Origin: an archaeon
GTDB taxonomy: Archaea > Iainarchaeota > Iainarchaeia > Iainarchaeales > 1-14-0-10-31-34
Reading direction: 5' to 3'
DNA length: 27,220 nt
Assembly: GCA_043815885.1 (NCBI GenBank)
Contig: JBDRIL010000039.1
Span: 1-27,220 of the forward strand
In this document: positions 1-8,644 of the stretch, piece by piece
Layout: every line of letters begins with the position of its first letter
How positions within the stretch are numbered: position 1 is the stretch's first letter
Program-made: the position numbers and the translations under genes
Notes under the pieces: generated by a model
The model's input: only the letters and a program-made list of their open reading frames with translations
Databases searched by the model: none
Told to the model about the DNA's origin: nothing

Positions 1-1
1 C

Positions 2-76
2 ATTCTGTTTATTCAGAAAATGTTTTACAAGCTAGGAATAGAAAGTAATACCATAGTATTGATTGCAAGAAAGTAA
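2..76 (+). CDS. 3' end (partial) of a class I SAM methyltransferase, paralog of 2783..3427
   Basis: Frame 2 reads ILFIQKMFYKLGIESNTIVLIARK*, 20/24 identical to the C-terminus ILFIQKLLYKLGIKSNTIILIARK* of 2783..3427. Truncated by the window edge. Confidence 0.85.
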   Translation: MLFIQKMFYKLGIESNTIVLIARK

Positions 77-103
77 TTGACAAAATTCGCTACAAACCGA
101 AAT

Positions 104-1201
104 TCAAAGTAGTTTTTGGTATACCTCAACATATTTTTTCATTACTTTATCCTTGTTGAACAAATGAGCGATTTTTTCTGAAATTTTAGCTGCAGTTTCA
201 CGGAACTTTTTGTCAGTTAAAATCTTTTCAAGCAGTCCAGAAAGCTCTTCACTGTCATTTCGTTTCACAATAATTATTTCCTCTTTTTCATTAGATGAAG
301 AACCAACTCCATCAGTGCAGATAACGGGTTTTCCTATAGCCACTGCTTCCATTAGACTCAATCCAAATGCATCTCCATGTAGTGCTGGTACAACAACTAC
401 CTCACTTAAACAGTACCACTTATTTAATTCTTTATCCGAAATAAATCCTTTAACTTCGACAAATTCGTCCATTTTAAGCTCTTTTATTTTTTGCTCTAAT
501 TTGTCTTTTTCGTGAGGAGGCCCTATAAAAACGAGTTTTGCTTGCCCCCTTTTCTTTATTTTTGCAAAGGCTTCAAGTAACACGAAAATACCTTTTGATT
601 CATCTATTCTACCAACAAACAAGATGATTTTTTTTGAAGGTTTTTCGTATTTTTTTTCCTTGAACCTGTTTTCAGCCCAACCTTGCAAGGTAGTTATATT
701 TTTTTCCTTGAAATATTTCTCTTTAAGGTAATGTTCTAAATTCCATGTATAAGTTGTAATTTTATCTGCTTTTTTCAGTTTATTAAGCAAAAATAATTTT
801 TTTATGGGATTTGGGAAATTTTTTTCCATTTGTTCTCTTCCAAAAAAAGTTATGACAGATTTTGATTTCATTTTTTTGGCGAGATCTATTGTCGCAATCA
901 ATGGAGGCATTGTGTAAAAACCATGATATACATCATATTTTCCTAATGTTTTCCCTGCATTAACGTAATCCCTTATCCTCTGCAGAGGTTTTGTTTTCTC
1001 AATTTTGTGTGTATTAAACCTGTAAATAGTAAGCCCTTTTACTGTTTCTTCTTCTTTTAAGTTATCCCAATTTGGGGTAAGAATATCTGTTTTAATTCCT
1101 CTTTTGTTTAACCATTCAGCCGCCCCAAAAACAAGCCTCTCTGTTCCAGCTTTAACAGGAAAAGCAAAATCAGATATTAAAAGAACTCTTTCTGGTTTCA
1201 T
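104..1201 (-). CDS. Glycosyltransferase family 4 (GT-B fold)
   Basis: N-terminal 'P..AGTER' motif, 'ILFVGRIDESKG', 'DAFGLSLMEAVAIGKPVI' (the E-x7-E motif has D in the first position). 365 aa. Confidence 0.93.
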   Translation of the reverse strand: MKPERVLLISDFAFPVKAGTERLVFGAAEWLNKRGIKTDILTPNWDNLKEEETVKGLTIYRFNTHKIEKTKPLQRIRDYVNAGKTLGKYDVYHGFYTMPPLIATIDLAKKMKSKSVITFFGREQMEKNFPNPIKKLFLLNKLKKADKITTYTWNLEHYLKEKYFKEKNITTLQGWAENRFKEKKYEKPSKKIILFVGRIDESKGIFVLLEAFAKIKKRGQAKLVFIGPPHEKDKLEQKIKELKMDEFVEVKGFISDKELNKWYCLSEVVVVPALHGDAFGLSLMEAVAIGKPVICTDGVGSSSNEKEEIIIVKRNDSEELSGLLEKILTDKKFRETAAKISEKIAHLFNKDKVMKKYVEVYQKLL

Positions 1202-2466
1202 TTACCATCTTTCCCTATTATCTTGAATTTAGGCAATGGAACAATGAATTTTCCTCCTGACTCAAGAAACTCTTTTTCTCTTTCCTTAAATTCTTTCAAG
1301 AAATGCCATGGCAAAATTAAAAAATAGTCTGGTTTTTCTTTTCTTGCTTGTTCTTCAGAAATTATTGGGATTAGAGTCCCCACAGTTCTTCTACCTACTT
1401 TGTCTGGATTTCTCTCAGCAGCAGCTTTGATTAATTTATTGTTCAGATTAAAGAATTGCAATAGTGTGTTTCCTTTGGTTGATGCCCCATAGACGTAAAT
1501 TTTTTTCCCTTTTGAATTTTCTTTTTCAATGAATCTGGATAACTTTCTTTTGATTTCCATTACTCTTTTTGCAAATTCTTCATACATTTTTTTGTTTTGC
1601 AATCCCAGCTTTTCTTCATAATCCCTTAACTTAATCAGTTTTTGCTTATCTTTTTCCAATCCTCTTAATTTGCTTTCTTTATGTTTTATATAACTCCTAA
1701 AGCTTCCCCCGTTAACATCATTCAATTCTACTCCAATTATTTCCATGTCGTGTCTTTTTAGTAAATTTTCAAGGGAAGTCAAAGAGTAATACTCTAGATG
1801 CTCGTGACAGATATTATCGAATGCATTTTGTTCTAGCATAAGAGGAAGATAACTCATTTGAATTATCCATACGCCGTCTTTATCAAGGCATTTTTTTATG
1901 TCTTCAACAAATTCATTTGGCTTTTCCAGGTCATAAAACATCGCAATACTTGTTATTATTTTTGCTTTTTCTTCTCCAAACTCTTTTTGAAATGTTATTG
2001 CACTAAAGAAATCAGAAATTATGTTTGTTGTTCCTTCTATGGAATATTCAAGAAGATTTTTTGCTGGGTCAAATCCTACAAATTTCAGTTTTTTTGTTTT
2101 ATAACTTCTTAGAAGGGTTCCATCATTACACCCGATATCAAGAACTAAGTCCTTTTCTTTTAATGGAACTATCTGCTCTGCTTTTTCCGTTATATCACTT
2201 AAAGCCGAAATCATTGTTTTGTTTACTCCAGACCTATACCAATAATTTCTATAGAGTAGATTTGAAGTTGTGGTGTGCCTTAATTGAAGTAACCCGCAGC
2301 CACCTGAACCAACATCACACAAAACAAGCTCTAATGGAATTTTTAGTTGCCGTTCTTTAGAAAAACCAATGAAATTTGATACAAACAGATCTCCCAAAGA
2401 AAGTATCTTAATAAAATTTATGTTTCCGCAAATCCTGCATTTTTTTATCATAATTGAAAATTTCAT
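1198..2466 (-). CDS. NDP-hexose C3-methyltransferase-like (Zn-binding N-domain + SAM domain + C-methyltransferase C-terminal domain)
   Basis: CRICG...LVLC...GCGLLQL Zn site, YWYRSG, LDIGCNDGTLL, HEHLEYYS, GASTKGNTLL, PDYFLILPWHF. This is the TcaB9/KijD1/MtmC architecture. Confidence 0.88.
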   Translation of the reverse strand: MKFSIMIKKCRICGNINFIKILSLGDLFVSNFIGFSKERQLKIPLELVLCDVGSGGCGLLQLRHTTTSNLLYRNYWYRSGVNKTMISALSDITEKAEQIVPLKEKDLVLDIGCNDGTLLRSYKTKKLKFVGFDPAKNLLEYSIEGTTNIISDFFSAITFQKEFGEEKAKIITSIAMFYDLEKPNEFVEDIKKCLDKDGVWIIQMSYLPLMLEQNAFDNICHEHLEYYSLTSLENLLKRHDMEIIGVELNDVNGGSFRSYIKHKESKLRGLEKDKQKLIKLRDYEEKLGLQNKKMYEEFAKRVMEIKRKLSRFIEKENSKGKKIYVYGASTKGNTLLQFFNLNNKLIKAAAERNPDKVGRRTVGTLIPIISEEQARKEKPDYFLILPWHFLKEFKEREKEFLESGGKFIVPLPKFKIIGKDGK

Positions 2467-2560
2467 TTATGGCCGCCTAAAATAAGTTTATATATTTGTT
2501 TTGTTAACAATTTAAATAGTTAATCTCACTGTTTAAGGAAAGATTCGAAAAAAATAAGAC

Positions 2561-2605
2561 GCTCTCATCTAACGGCTTAAAAGCCGCAGGCTTCCCGTGC
2601 CCGCA
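2561..2605. mobile_element. Possible IS200/IS605-family (or REP-like) terminal hairpin remnant
   Basis: GC-rich island CTCTCATCTAACGGCTTAAAAGCCGCAGGCTTCCCGTGCCCG in AT-rich DNA, with stem CGGCT-TAAA-AGCCG (2573-2586). No transposase in the window. Confidence 0.45.
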
Positions 2606-2782
2606 CCAATTAAAAAGTTTGTTATTTAAAATATTATGTCTGATATCAGTGAATAATATAATGAAGAAAAAGGAAGTAGTTTTGTTTCAGCCAGGGGAAA
2701 AGAGTAAGGGGAATAGGTGAATTAATTATGAAAAAAGAATGGAAAGCTTATCTATTTATTACAAGGAATACAAGGTGAATTG

Positions 2783-3427
2783 ATGAGTTATTACGTTGAA
2801 AAACAATTCGTTTCACACACGCTTGATAAAGCAGAAACAAGCGTGATGTTTTACACTTACTTTAGAGACGTAAAGGGAAAGATCCTGGATGTGGGTTGCA
2901 GTATTGGGGCTTTTATTTTGCTTGATCCTAATCGGATTCAAGGGATAGACATTGACAAAAAGGCATTAGAAGAAGCAAGAAAGAAAGGACTTAAGGTTCA
3001 ACACATGGATTTAAGAAAAAAGTTTAAGTTGAAAGACAATGAATTCTCTGCAATCTTTTCCTCTTACACTATTGAACATATTGAAAACCCCCTGAACATG
3101 ATGAAAGAAATCTACAGAATATTAAAACCTAAAGGAAGATTGGTATTAATGACTACTGACTGGATTAAAACCCATGGAAGAAGCAAGAGCAATTTTTATG
3201 ATGACTATACGCATGTAAGCCCCTTTACAATTCAGTCATTAAAACAAATTGCATATGATAGTGGATTCAGAGACTATGCTGTAAGATACGATTTTAAAGC
3301 AGTGAGGGGGTTTGGTTGGGCTGTAAGAAAAGGACTTCTTAAGCCTTCTCAAATTTTGTTTATCCAGAAACTGCTTTATAAGCTAGGGATAAAAAGTAAT
3401 ACTATAATACTGATTGCAAGAAAGTAG
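2783..3427 (+). CDS. Class I SAM-dependent methyltransferase (Methyltransf_11/23-like)
   Basis: ILDVGCSIG, GIDID, TIEHIENP, RILKPKGRL, DYTH motifs. GGTGA RBS precedes TTG2780/ATG2783. Confidence 0.88.
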   Translation: MSYYVEKQFVSHTLDKAETSVMFYTYFRDVKGKILDVGCSIGAFILLDPNRIQGIDIDKKALEEARKKGLKVQHMDLRKKFKLKDNEFSAIFSSYTIEHIENPLNMMKEIYRILKPKGRLVLMTTDWIKTHGRSKSNFYDDYTHVSPFTIQSLKQIAYDSGFRDYAVRYDFKAVRGFGWAVRKGLLKPSQILFIQKLLYKLGIKSNTIILIARK

Positions 3428-3429
3428 TT

Positions 3430-3489
3430 TTATGAAAAAAATTTGACATACTCTTTCATCACAGAATCTAATTCAAAATCCTTTGCCCT
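3430..3489 (-). pseudogene. C-terminal remnant of a GT4 glycosyltransferase
   Basis: Minus strand reads RAKDFELDSVMKEYVKFFS*, aligning with the tail AHLFNKDKVMKKYVEV of the GT4 at 104..1201 (A, F, D, VMK, YV shared). Confidence 0.55.
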
Positions 3490-4958
3490 TATAAATTACC
3501 TCTAAAAAATAATTTTTTAATTATTAGTTTGTCTTCTTTATCAAATAACCGCAAGAGAAAAATGACAAAGAAATAAATAAAAGCTGAAATAATGACTAGA
3601 ATGAAGAGATTTAAGAAGAAAAACAAATAAATAAATAGAACCATTAAAAGACAGCCTATCAATATTTTTGTTATAGGCCCAAAAATTCCTTTAATCCCAA
3701 ACTTAAAGTACTTTGAGATAAGGTAATAACATGAAATAAAGAAGATGAGTTCTGACAAAACACTTGCAATAGCTGCACCAGCAAAGGAATAGATTGGAAT
3801 CAAGAATAGATTGAACACTACATTAAAAATCAATGCTATAAACAAGAACAATACAGTCCTTTTCTCGTACGCTGTAGAAGTAAGAAGACTCAAGAAGAAA
3901 ATATTTATGAAAGAAAAAACAGAGAACCATACAAGTATAAGTAATGCAATAGAAGCAGGACTGAAATCATTAGTCGCAGTAGTGGGGTAAATCAAAGCAA
4001 TAATTCTTCCAGCAAGGAGTGTTGTTCCAAAAGCTATTGGAAGGACTAACGCTAACAGGTAAGTGAAGGATTTCTTGATTATTGTCAAAAGAGACTTATT
4101 TCTCTGAGCAAAAAAAGAAGACATAATTGGAAACATAGAAGAAACAAACATTGACGGAATAAAGGCAAGAGAGTTGGTAAGCCTGTTAGCGGCATTATAG
4201 TAGCCTACATCAATGTTTCCCTTGAAGAAAGAAAGCATTACCGAATCAATCGACCCATAGATCGAGGCAAATATTGCAATAAAACAGAAAGGAAGTGCCC
4301 TCAAGATAACTGCTTTGTAGTGCTTGAAATCAATTCTTATCACGGGTTTTGGAAACTTGAATAAGACAAGCAATACGCTCAAGAACAGGTTCAAGAGACT
4401 TGATAAGGCTGCAACAAGAAATACAAGCAACAAACCATAGCCCAAAAACAGTACAAAGAAACTTAGCATGGTTAAAACAATCTTGTATGCCGTGTTCACT
4501 ATAAAATCATATTCCATCCTCTCAAATGCAAAAAATATTGTTCTAAACAGACCAGCCAATGAATCAAGCACCATTGAACCAACCATAATAAAAACAAAGA
4601 GAAACATTATTGGAGGATAACTCTCTGGCTTCAGTAAGTTTAGGACAAAGAGAGAAAGAAAAGCTAAGACGAACACAAAAAACATAAGCAATAACTTTAT
4701 CGCCAATGCATCTCCAAGAAGTCTGCTTGTATTTGACTTGTTCTTTGGGATCTCCCTAAAGATTAATACGCTTACTCCTAAATCTCCAAAGATCGTGAAC
4801 AGGATAACAAAAGAAAGAATAAAAGAGTAAACGCCAAAATCCCCTATTCCAAGCCTATGTGCAATGTATACAATCAAAACAAGTGTTAAAAACTTTTGGA
4901 TTATGCTTCCAACCAACAGAAAACTAAAGTTTTTGAATATTCTTTTTACTGTCCTCAT
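3489..4958 (-). CDS. Oligosaccharide flippase (Wzx/RfbX/AglR-like, MOP superfamily)
   Basis: 489 aa polytopic membrane protein with 'LGIGDFGVYS', 'DLG', 'IDSVML...VGYYNAA' and 'LNLFLIP...GAAIA'-type motifs. Confidence 0.92.
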   Translation of the reverse strand: MRTVKRIFKNFSFLLVGSIIQKFLTLVLIVYIAHRLGIGDFGVYSFILSFVILFTIFGDLGVSVLIFREIPKNKSNTSRLLGDALAIKLLLMFFVFVLAFLSLFVLNLLKPESYPPIMFLFVFIMVGSMVLDSLAGLFRTIFFAFERMEYDFIVNTAYKIVLTMLSFFVLFLGYGLLLVFLVAALSSLLNLFLSVLLVLFKFPKPVIRIDFKHYKAVILRALPFCFIAIFASIYGSIDSVMLSFFKGNIDVGYYNAANRLTNSLAFIPSMFVSSMFPIMSSFFAQRNKSLLTIIKKSFTYLLALVLPIAFGTTLLAGRIIALIYPTTATNDFSPASIALLILVWFSVFSFINIFFLSLLTSTAYEKRTVLFLFIALIFNVVFNLFLIPIYSFAGAAIASVLSELIFFISCYYLISKYFKFGIKGIFGPITKILIGCLLMVLFIYLFFFLNLFILVIISAFIYFFVIFLLRLFDKEDKLIIKKLFFRGNL

Positions 4959-5001
4959 TTAAAATCAGTTAATTCCTTTTTAAATAATAAAACAAAAAAA
5001 A

Positions 5002-5718
5002 TCAATGTCTTTTCTCTCTCATGAAAGTTGCTGCTCTGTGCATTGAATCAAAGGCCCCTGCATCACTCCAGAAACCTTTGAGGACTGTTGCCTTCAATGA
5101 ATTGCTTTTAATGTACTTATTATTCACGTCTGTTATCTCGTACTCGCCTCTTCCAGAAGGTTTCAGGTCCCTGATTACATCAAATACACTGGAAGAATAC
5201 ATATACAATCCAGTGACAATGAAATTGGTTTTGGGGTTTTTTGGTTTTTCTTCTATTCCAACAACGCTTTCTCCATTCAATTCCACTACCCCGAATCTTT
5301 CGGGATCTGGGACTTCCTTAATAAATATCCTTGCCTCTTCCTTTCCATTGGAGAATTCTTCAACATCCTTCTTTATGTTGTCTTCAAATATGTTGTCTCC
5401 TAAAATCACTGCAAATTTGTCATTATCAACAAAGTCTTCCCCCAAGGCCAGTGCCTGGGCAATCCCTCCTGCATCTTCCTGCAATTCATAAGTGAATTTT
5501 GCATTGAATTCCTTTCCAGAACCAAGCAATTTAAGGAAGTCTCCTGCGTGCTCTTTTCCTGAAATAATTAAAATATCCTTTATCCCTGCTTCAAGTAAAG
5601 TGTTTAAAGGATAATAAATCATTGGTTTGTCGTAGACTGGGAGAAGGTGCTTGTTTGTTACCTTAGTGCAGGGATAAAGCCTTGAACCAGTGCCTCCAGC
5701 AAGGATGATTCCTTTCAA
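5002..5718 (-). CDS. rfbA: Glucose-1-phosphate thymidylyltransferase (short form)
   Basis: MKGIILAGGTGSRLYP, NKHLLPVYDKPMIYYPL, LGDN, EEKP, PSGRGEYEITD. Lies in the rfbCBD operon. Confidence 0.92.
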   Translation of the reverse strand: MKGIILAGGTGSRLYPCTKVTNKHLLPVYDKPMIYYPLNTLLEAGIKDILIISGKEHAGDFLKLLGSGKEFNAKFTYELQEDAGGIAQALALGEDFVDNDKFAVILGDNIFEDNIKKDVEEFSNGKEEARIFIKEVPDPERFGVVELNGESVVGIEEKPKNPKTNFIVTGLYMYSSSVFDVIRDLKPSGRGEYEITDVNNKYIKSNSLKATVLKGFWSDAGAFDSMHRAATFMREKRH

Positions 5719-6614
5719 ATGAATTTCACTTCCTTTAACTGGAACTTTAATTTCTTTAACCCCAATTCAATAGTTGACATACTGATTTCTTCTTCTGTCA
5801 GTTTTTTGATGTCCAGGGAAGAATTTTCAGGACGCCTTGCCTTTGCTCCTGGAATGAGGTCTACTTTTTTTATTTTTGATTCATCCAGTGAAAAGATTTC
5901 AGCAATCTTTTTCGCTAAATCATATCTGGAAATAGCCTCAGAGCCGGCAGTATGGAAAACCCCTTTAGCATTTTTTTCAATTAAATTCAGAGTTGCATCA
6001 GCCAAATCATCAATCAGGGTAGGGGATGTTATTTGAGTGGAGGCGCTTACTTCCTGATTTTGGGATATTTGTTTTACCACGAATTTCACAAAAGTGTTTT
6101 TGTCATCCAAGGAATTGAATCCATAAAGAGTAGAAGGTCTGAGGATAAGGCTGTCCTCTAATTCCTTTACGATTTTTTCTCCCTCTTCCTTGGTTTTACC
6201 GTAATGGTTAATTGGATTACAGGAATCTTCTTCATTATACTTTCCCTTTGCTCCGTCAAACACGTAATCAGTTGAAAAGAACACTAGTTTTGATTTTGTT
6301 TCCTTGCATGCATCCACTATATTCCTTGTTCCAAGCATGTTAACGCTTTCTGCTTCCTTTGGATGAAGTTCACAGTAATCGACATTTGATATTGACGCAG
6401 TCAAAATTATTGTATTAGGATTCAATTTCTTGATTAATTCAATCGTCTTTTCTCGGTTGGTTAAGTCAAGGACTGCATCACAGCCTTTCTCGATTCCTGC
6501 TGTAGAGATTTGAAGGTCTTTCTCTGAAAAGACATTCTTAATCTTTTCTCCCAGGAATCCCTTTCCAACCAATAAAATTTTGTTAGACCTTATTTGACTA
6601 ATGGTTCCCACCAC
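5715..6614 (-). CDS. rfbD: dTDP-4-dehydrorhamnose reductase
   Basis: GxGFLG, NVDYCE, STDYVFDG, PINHYGKTK (YxxxK), SPT, ARRP. Exact start uncertain. Confidence 0.9.
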   Translation of the reverse strand: MVGTISQIRSNKILLVGKGFLGEKIKNVFSEKDLQISTAGIEKGCDAVLDLTNREKTIELIKKLNPNTIILTASISNVDYCELHPKEAESVNMLGTRNIVDACKETKSKLVFFSTDYVFDGAKGKYNEEDSCNPINHYGKTKEEGEKIVKELEDSLILRPSTLYGFNSLDDKNTFVKFVVKQISQNQEVSASTQITSPTLIDDLADATLNLIEKNAKGVFHTAGSEAISRYDLAKKIAEIFSLDESKIKKVDLIPGAKARRPENSSLDIKKLTEEEISMSTIELGLKKLKFQLKEVKFI

Positions 6615-8635
6615 CCTTTATTTTTTGAATACCATTCAATTGTTTCCTTCAAGGCTTCATCAAAGTCTTTTTCTGGTTTCCAGCCTAATTCCATTACTTT
6701 GCCGCAATTCAATGAATATCTCCTGTCATGCCCAATCCTGTCTTTCACGAACTCAATAAAAGATTCATCCCTACCTAGTTCATTTAAGATTATCCTTGTT
6801 AACTCAATATTTTCCTTTTCATTGCTTCCCCCGATATTGTATGCCTCTCCATTCCTTCCATTCCTTAAAAGCAATTCAATTGCTTTGCAGTTGTCTTTCA
6901 CATACAGCCAGTCCCTTACATTCTTTCCGTCCCCATAAAGAGGAACTTTTTTGTCTCTTAAAATATTTGTAATGAATAGGGGAATGACTTTTTCAGGGAA
7001 TTGGTTCGGTCCAAAGTTATTGGAGGAACGGGTAATTATTACTGGAAGCCCATAAGTAATGAAGTAAGAATAAGCTAATGAATCAGCTCCTGCTTTTGAG
7101 GCAGAGTAAGGATTTCTTGGTTTTAAAGGAGAGGTTTCAGTAAAACTTCCTTCTTCAATGCTTCCGTACACTTCATCTGTATTCCCACAAAAGTCAAACT
7201 TTCCTTCTCTTTCAATTAAAAAATTCTTATTGTCTTTAACTTTTAAACACCAAATTTTTCCTTTATAATTTAACTTTTTTATCATTTTCTTAGAAATTGA
7301 TTTAGTAGTTTTAGAAACAACGATATAATAAGAATCTCCTTCTATTTTTCTTTCATTTAGAAAAGACAACGTGTGCCTTTTTCCGACACTTGCTTTTAAT
7401 CCTAATTTTATACAAAGTTCACAAAAACTACTTACTAGTTTTTCTGAAACAGTGTAATAAATTTTTTCTTTATGTCCGTCGGAATCCATTAACCCCTCAA
7501 ATAAATACTTTAGATATTTTGGAGAATATTCCAATACCCATCCTGAAATGTCTTTATTATGAGCTCCCTTGCCAAATTGTTTGAAAAAATTCAGCCAGGC
7601 TTTTGAAGAAAAATATAAATGAGTTCCTGCTTTCCCACAATGTTTGTTATACCTTATTCCTAGATTTTTTAATGTTTTTTCAACTTTTATTCTGCATTTG
7701 TCATTTTCTGGAATATCAAAGAAAATTCTATAACCTCTACAAAAAGCTTCGTAGCCACTCTCGTTTTCAATTTTTTTAAATTTGCCTGCACCATCTCTTG
7801 CTTCTTTAAGAAAATCTTCTCTGTTCAAACCACTTTTAGTTTTGACTTTTTTTTCTTGATAAGCGAGAAAGCCATCGCCTATAAAAATTCCAATAATGTA
7901 AAATAAGTCTTTGGTTTTGACTTTTCCGTGTCCTTCAACAGAGCAATATCCATCTTCTTTTCCATTCCATTTTGTCGCAGGCATGAAAAAAATACTTCTT
8001 TTGGATGCTTCTTCTGCACTCTCAACAACAAGCTTTTTTCTTGTGTTTAAAATAAACATTCTGTGGTTTGGCGTAACTTTTATGTCAACACGTTTGTTTT
8101 TGAAATGAATCATTTTGCCTTCATAATCCTGTATGATGACTTTTTCTATAGCCTTGACTTCAATTTCTTGTGTATGGGGGTTTATAGAAAAAACATTGTC
8201 CCCTTTCTTTAATTCATTGAATTTTTTTAATCCATCCGTTGTCAAAGCCCTTGTTTTTTCATCATAACAGCTTATCTGGATGAACTTCTCCAAATCATTT
8301 TTTCTTGCTTCCTCCAATAAAGTGTAGGTTCCAATTACATCTGTTTTAATGAATGCTTCAGGAGAAGAAATCGCTTTATCCACAAAGCTTTCAGCAGCAA
8401 AATTAATTACTGCATTGCATTCCTTCATTGCTTTCTTCACTGTCTTCTTATCACAGATGTCTCCCTTAATGAATTCATAGTTGGAATTAGCTTCTACTTC
8501 TGTTAAGTTCTCCAGTCTTCCGGCATAAGTGAGTTTATCTAAATTCATTATCTTCCATTCAGGGTGTTCTGAGAAAAGGAGTTTAATGAAGTTGCTTCCA
8601 ATGAAACCGCATCCACCAGTAACCAATAACTTCAT
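6590..8635 (-). CDS. rfbB: dTDP-glucose 4,6-dehydratase containing an intein
   Basis: TGGCGFIGSNF, DKLTYAG, NFAAES, (S)TDEVYG, PYSASKA, NNFGPNQFPEK, GHDRRY. Removing the 363-aa insert leaves a normal 318-aa RfbB. Confidence 0.95.
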   Translation of the reverse strand: MKLLVTGGCGFIGSNFIKLLFSEHPEWKIMNLDKLTYAGRLENLTEVEANSNYEFIKGDICDKKTVKKAMKECNAVINFAAESFVDKAISSPEAFIKTDVIGTYTLLEEARKNDLEKFIQISCYDEKTRALTTDGLKKFNELKKGDNVFSINPHTQEIEVKAIEKVIIQDYEGKMIHFKNKRVDIKVTPNHRMFILNTRKKLVVESAEEASKRSIFFMPATKWNGKEDGYCSVEGHGKVKTKDLFYIIGIFIGDGFLAYQEKKVKTKSGLNREDFLKEARDGAGKFKKIENESGYEAFCRGYRIFFDIPENDKCRIKVEKTLKNLGIRYNKHCGKAGTHLYFSSKAWLNFFKQFGKGAHNKDISGWVLEYSPKYLKYLFEGLMDSDGHKEKIYYTVSEKLVSSFCELCIKLGLKASVGKRHTLSFLNERKIEGDSYYIVVSKTTKSISKKMIKKLNYKGKIWCLKVKDNKNFLIEREGKFDFCGNTDEVYGSIEEGSFTETSPLKPRNPYSASKAGADSLAYSYFITYGLPVIITRSSNNFGPNQFPEKVIPLFITNILRDKKVPLYGDGKNVRDWLYVKDNCKAIELLLRNGRNGEAYNIGGSNEKENIELTRIILNELGRDESFIEFVKDRIGHDRRYSLNCGKVMELGWKPEKDFDEALKETIEWYSKNKGWWEPLVK
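7181..8269 (-). mobile_element. Intein with LAGLIDADG homing endonuclease (363 aa) in rfbB
   Basis: Starts at Cys (CYDEKT) after QIS. Block B VTPNH; LAGLIDADG motifs YIIGIFIGDG and LFEGLMDSDG; block F IWCLKV..NKNF; ends CGN followed by the +1 Thr of TDEVYG. Confidence 0.93.
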
Positions 8636-8644
8636 TTCCCTTAT

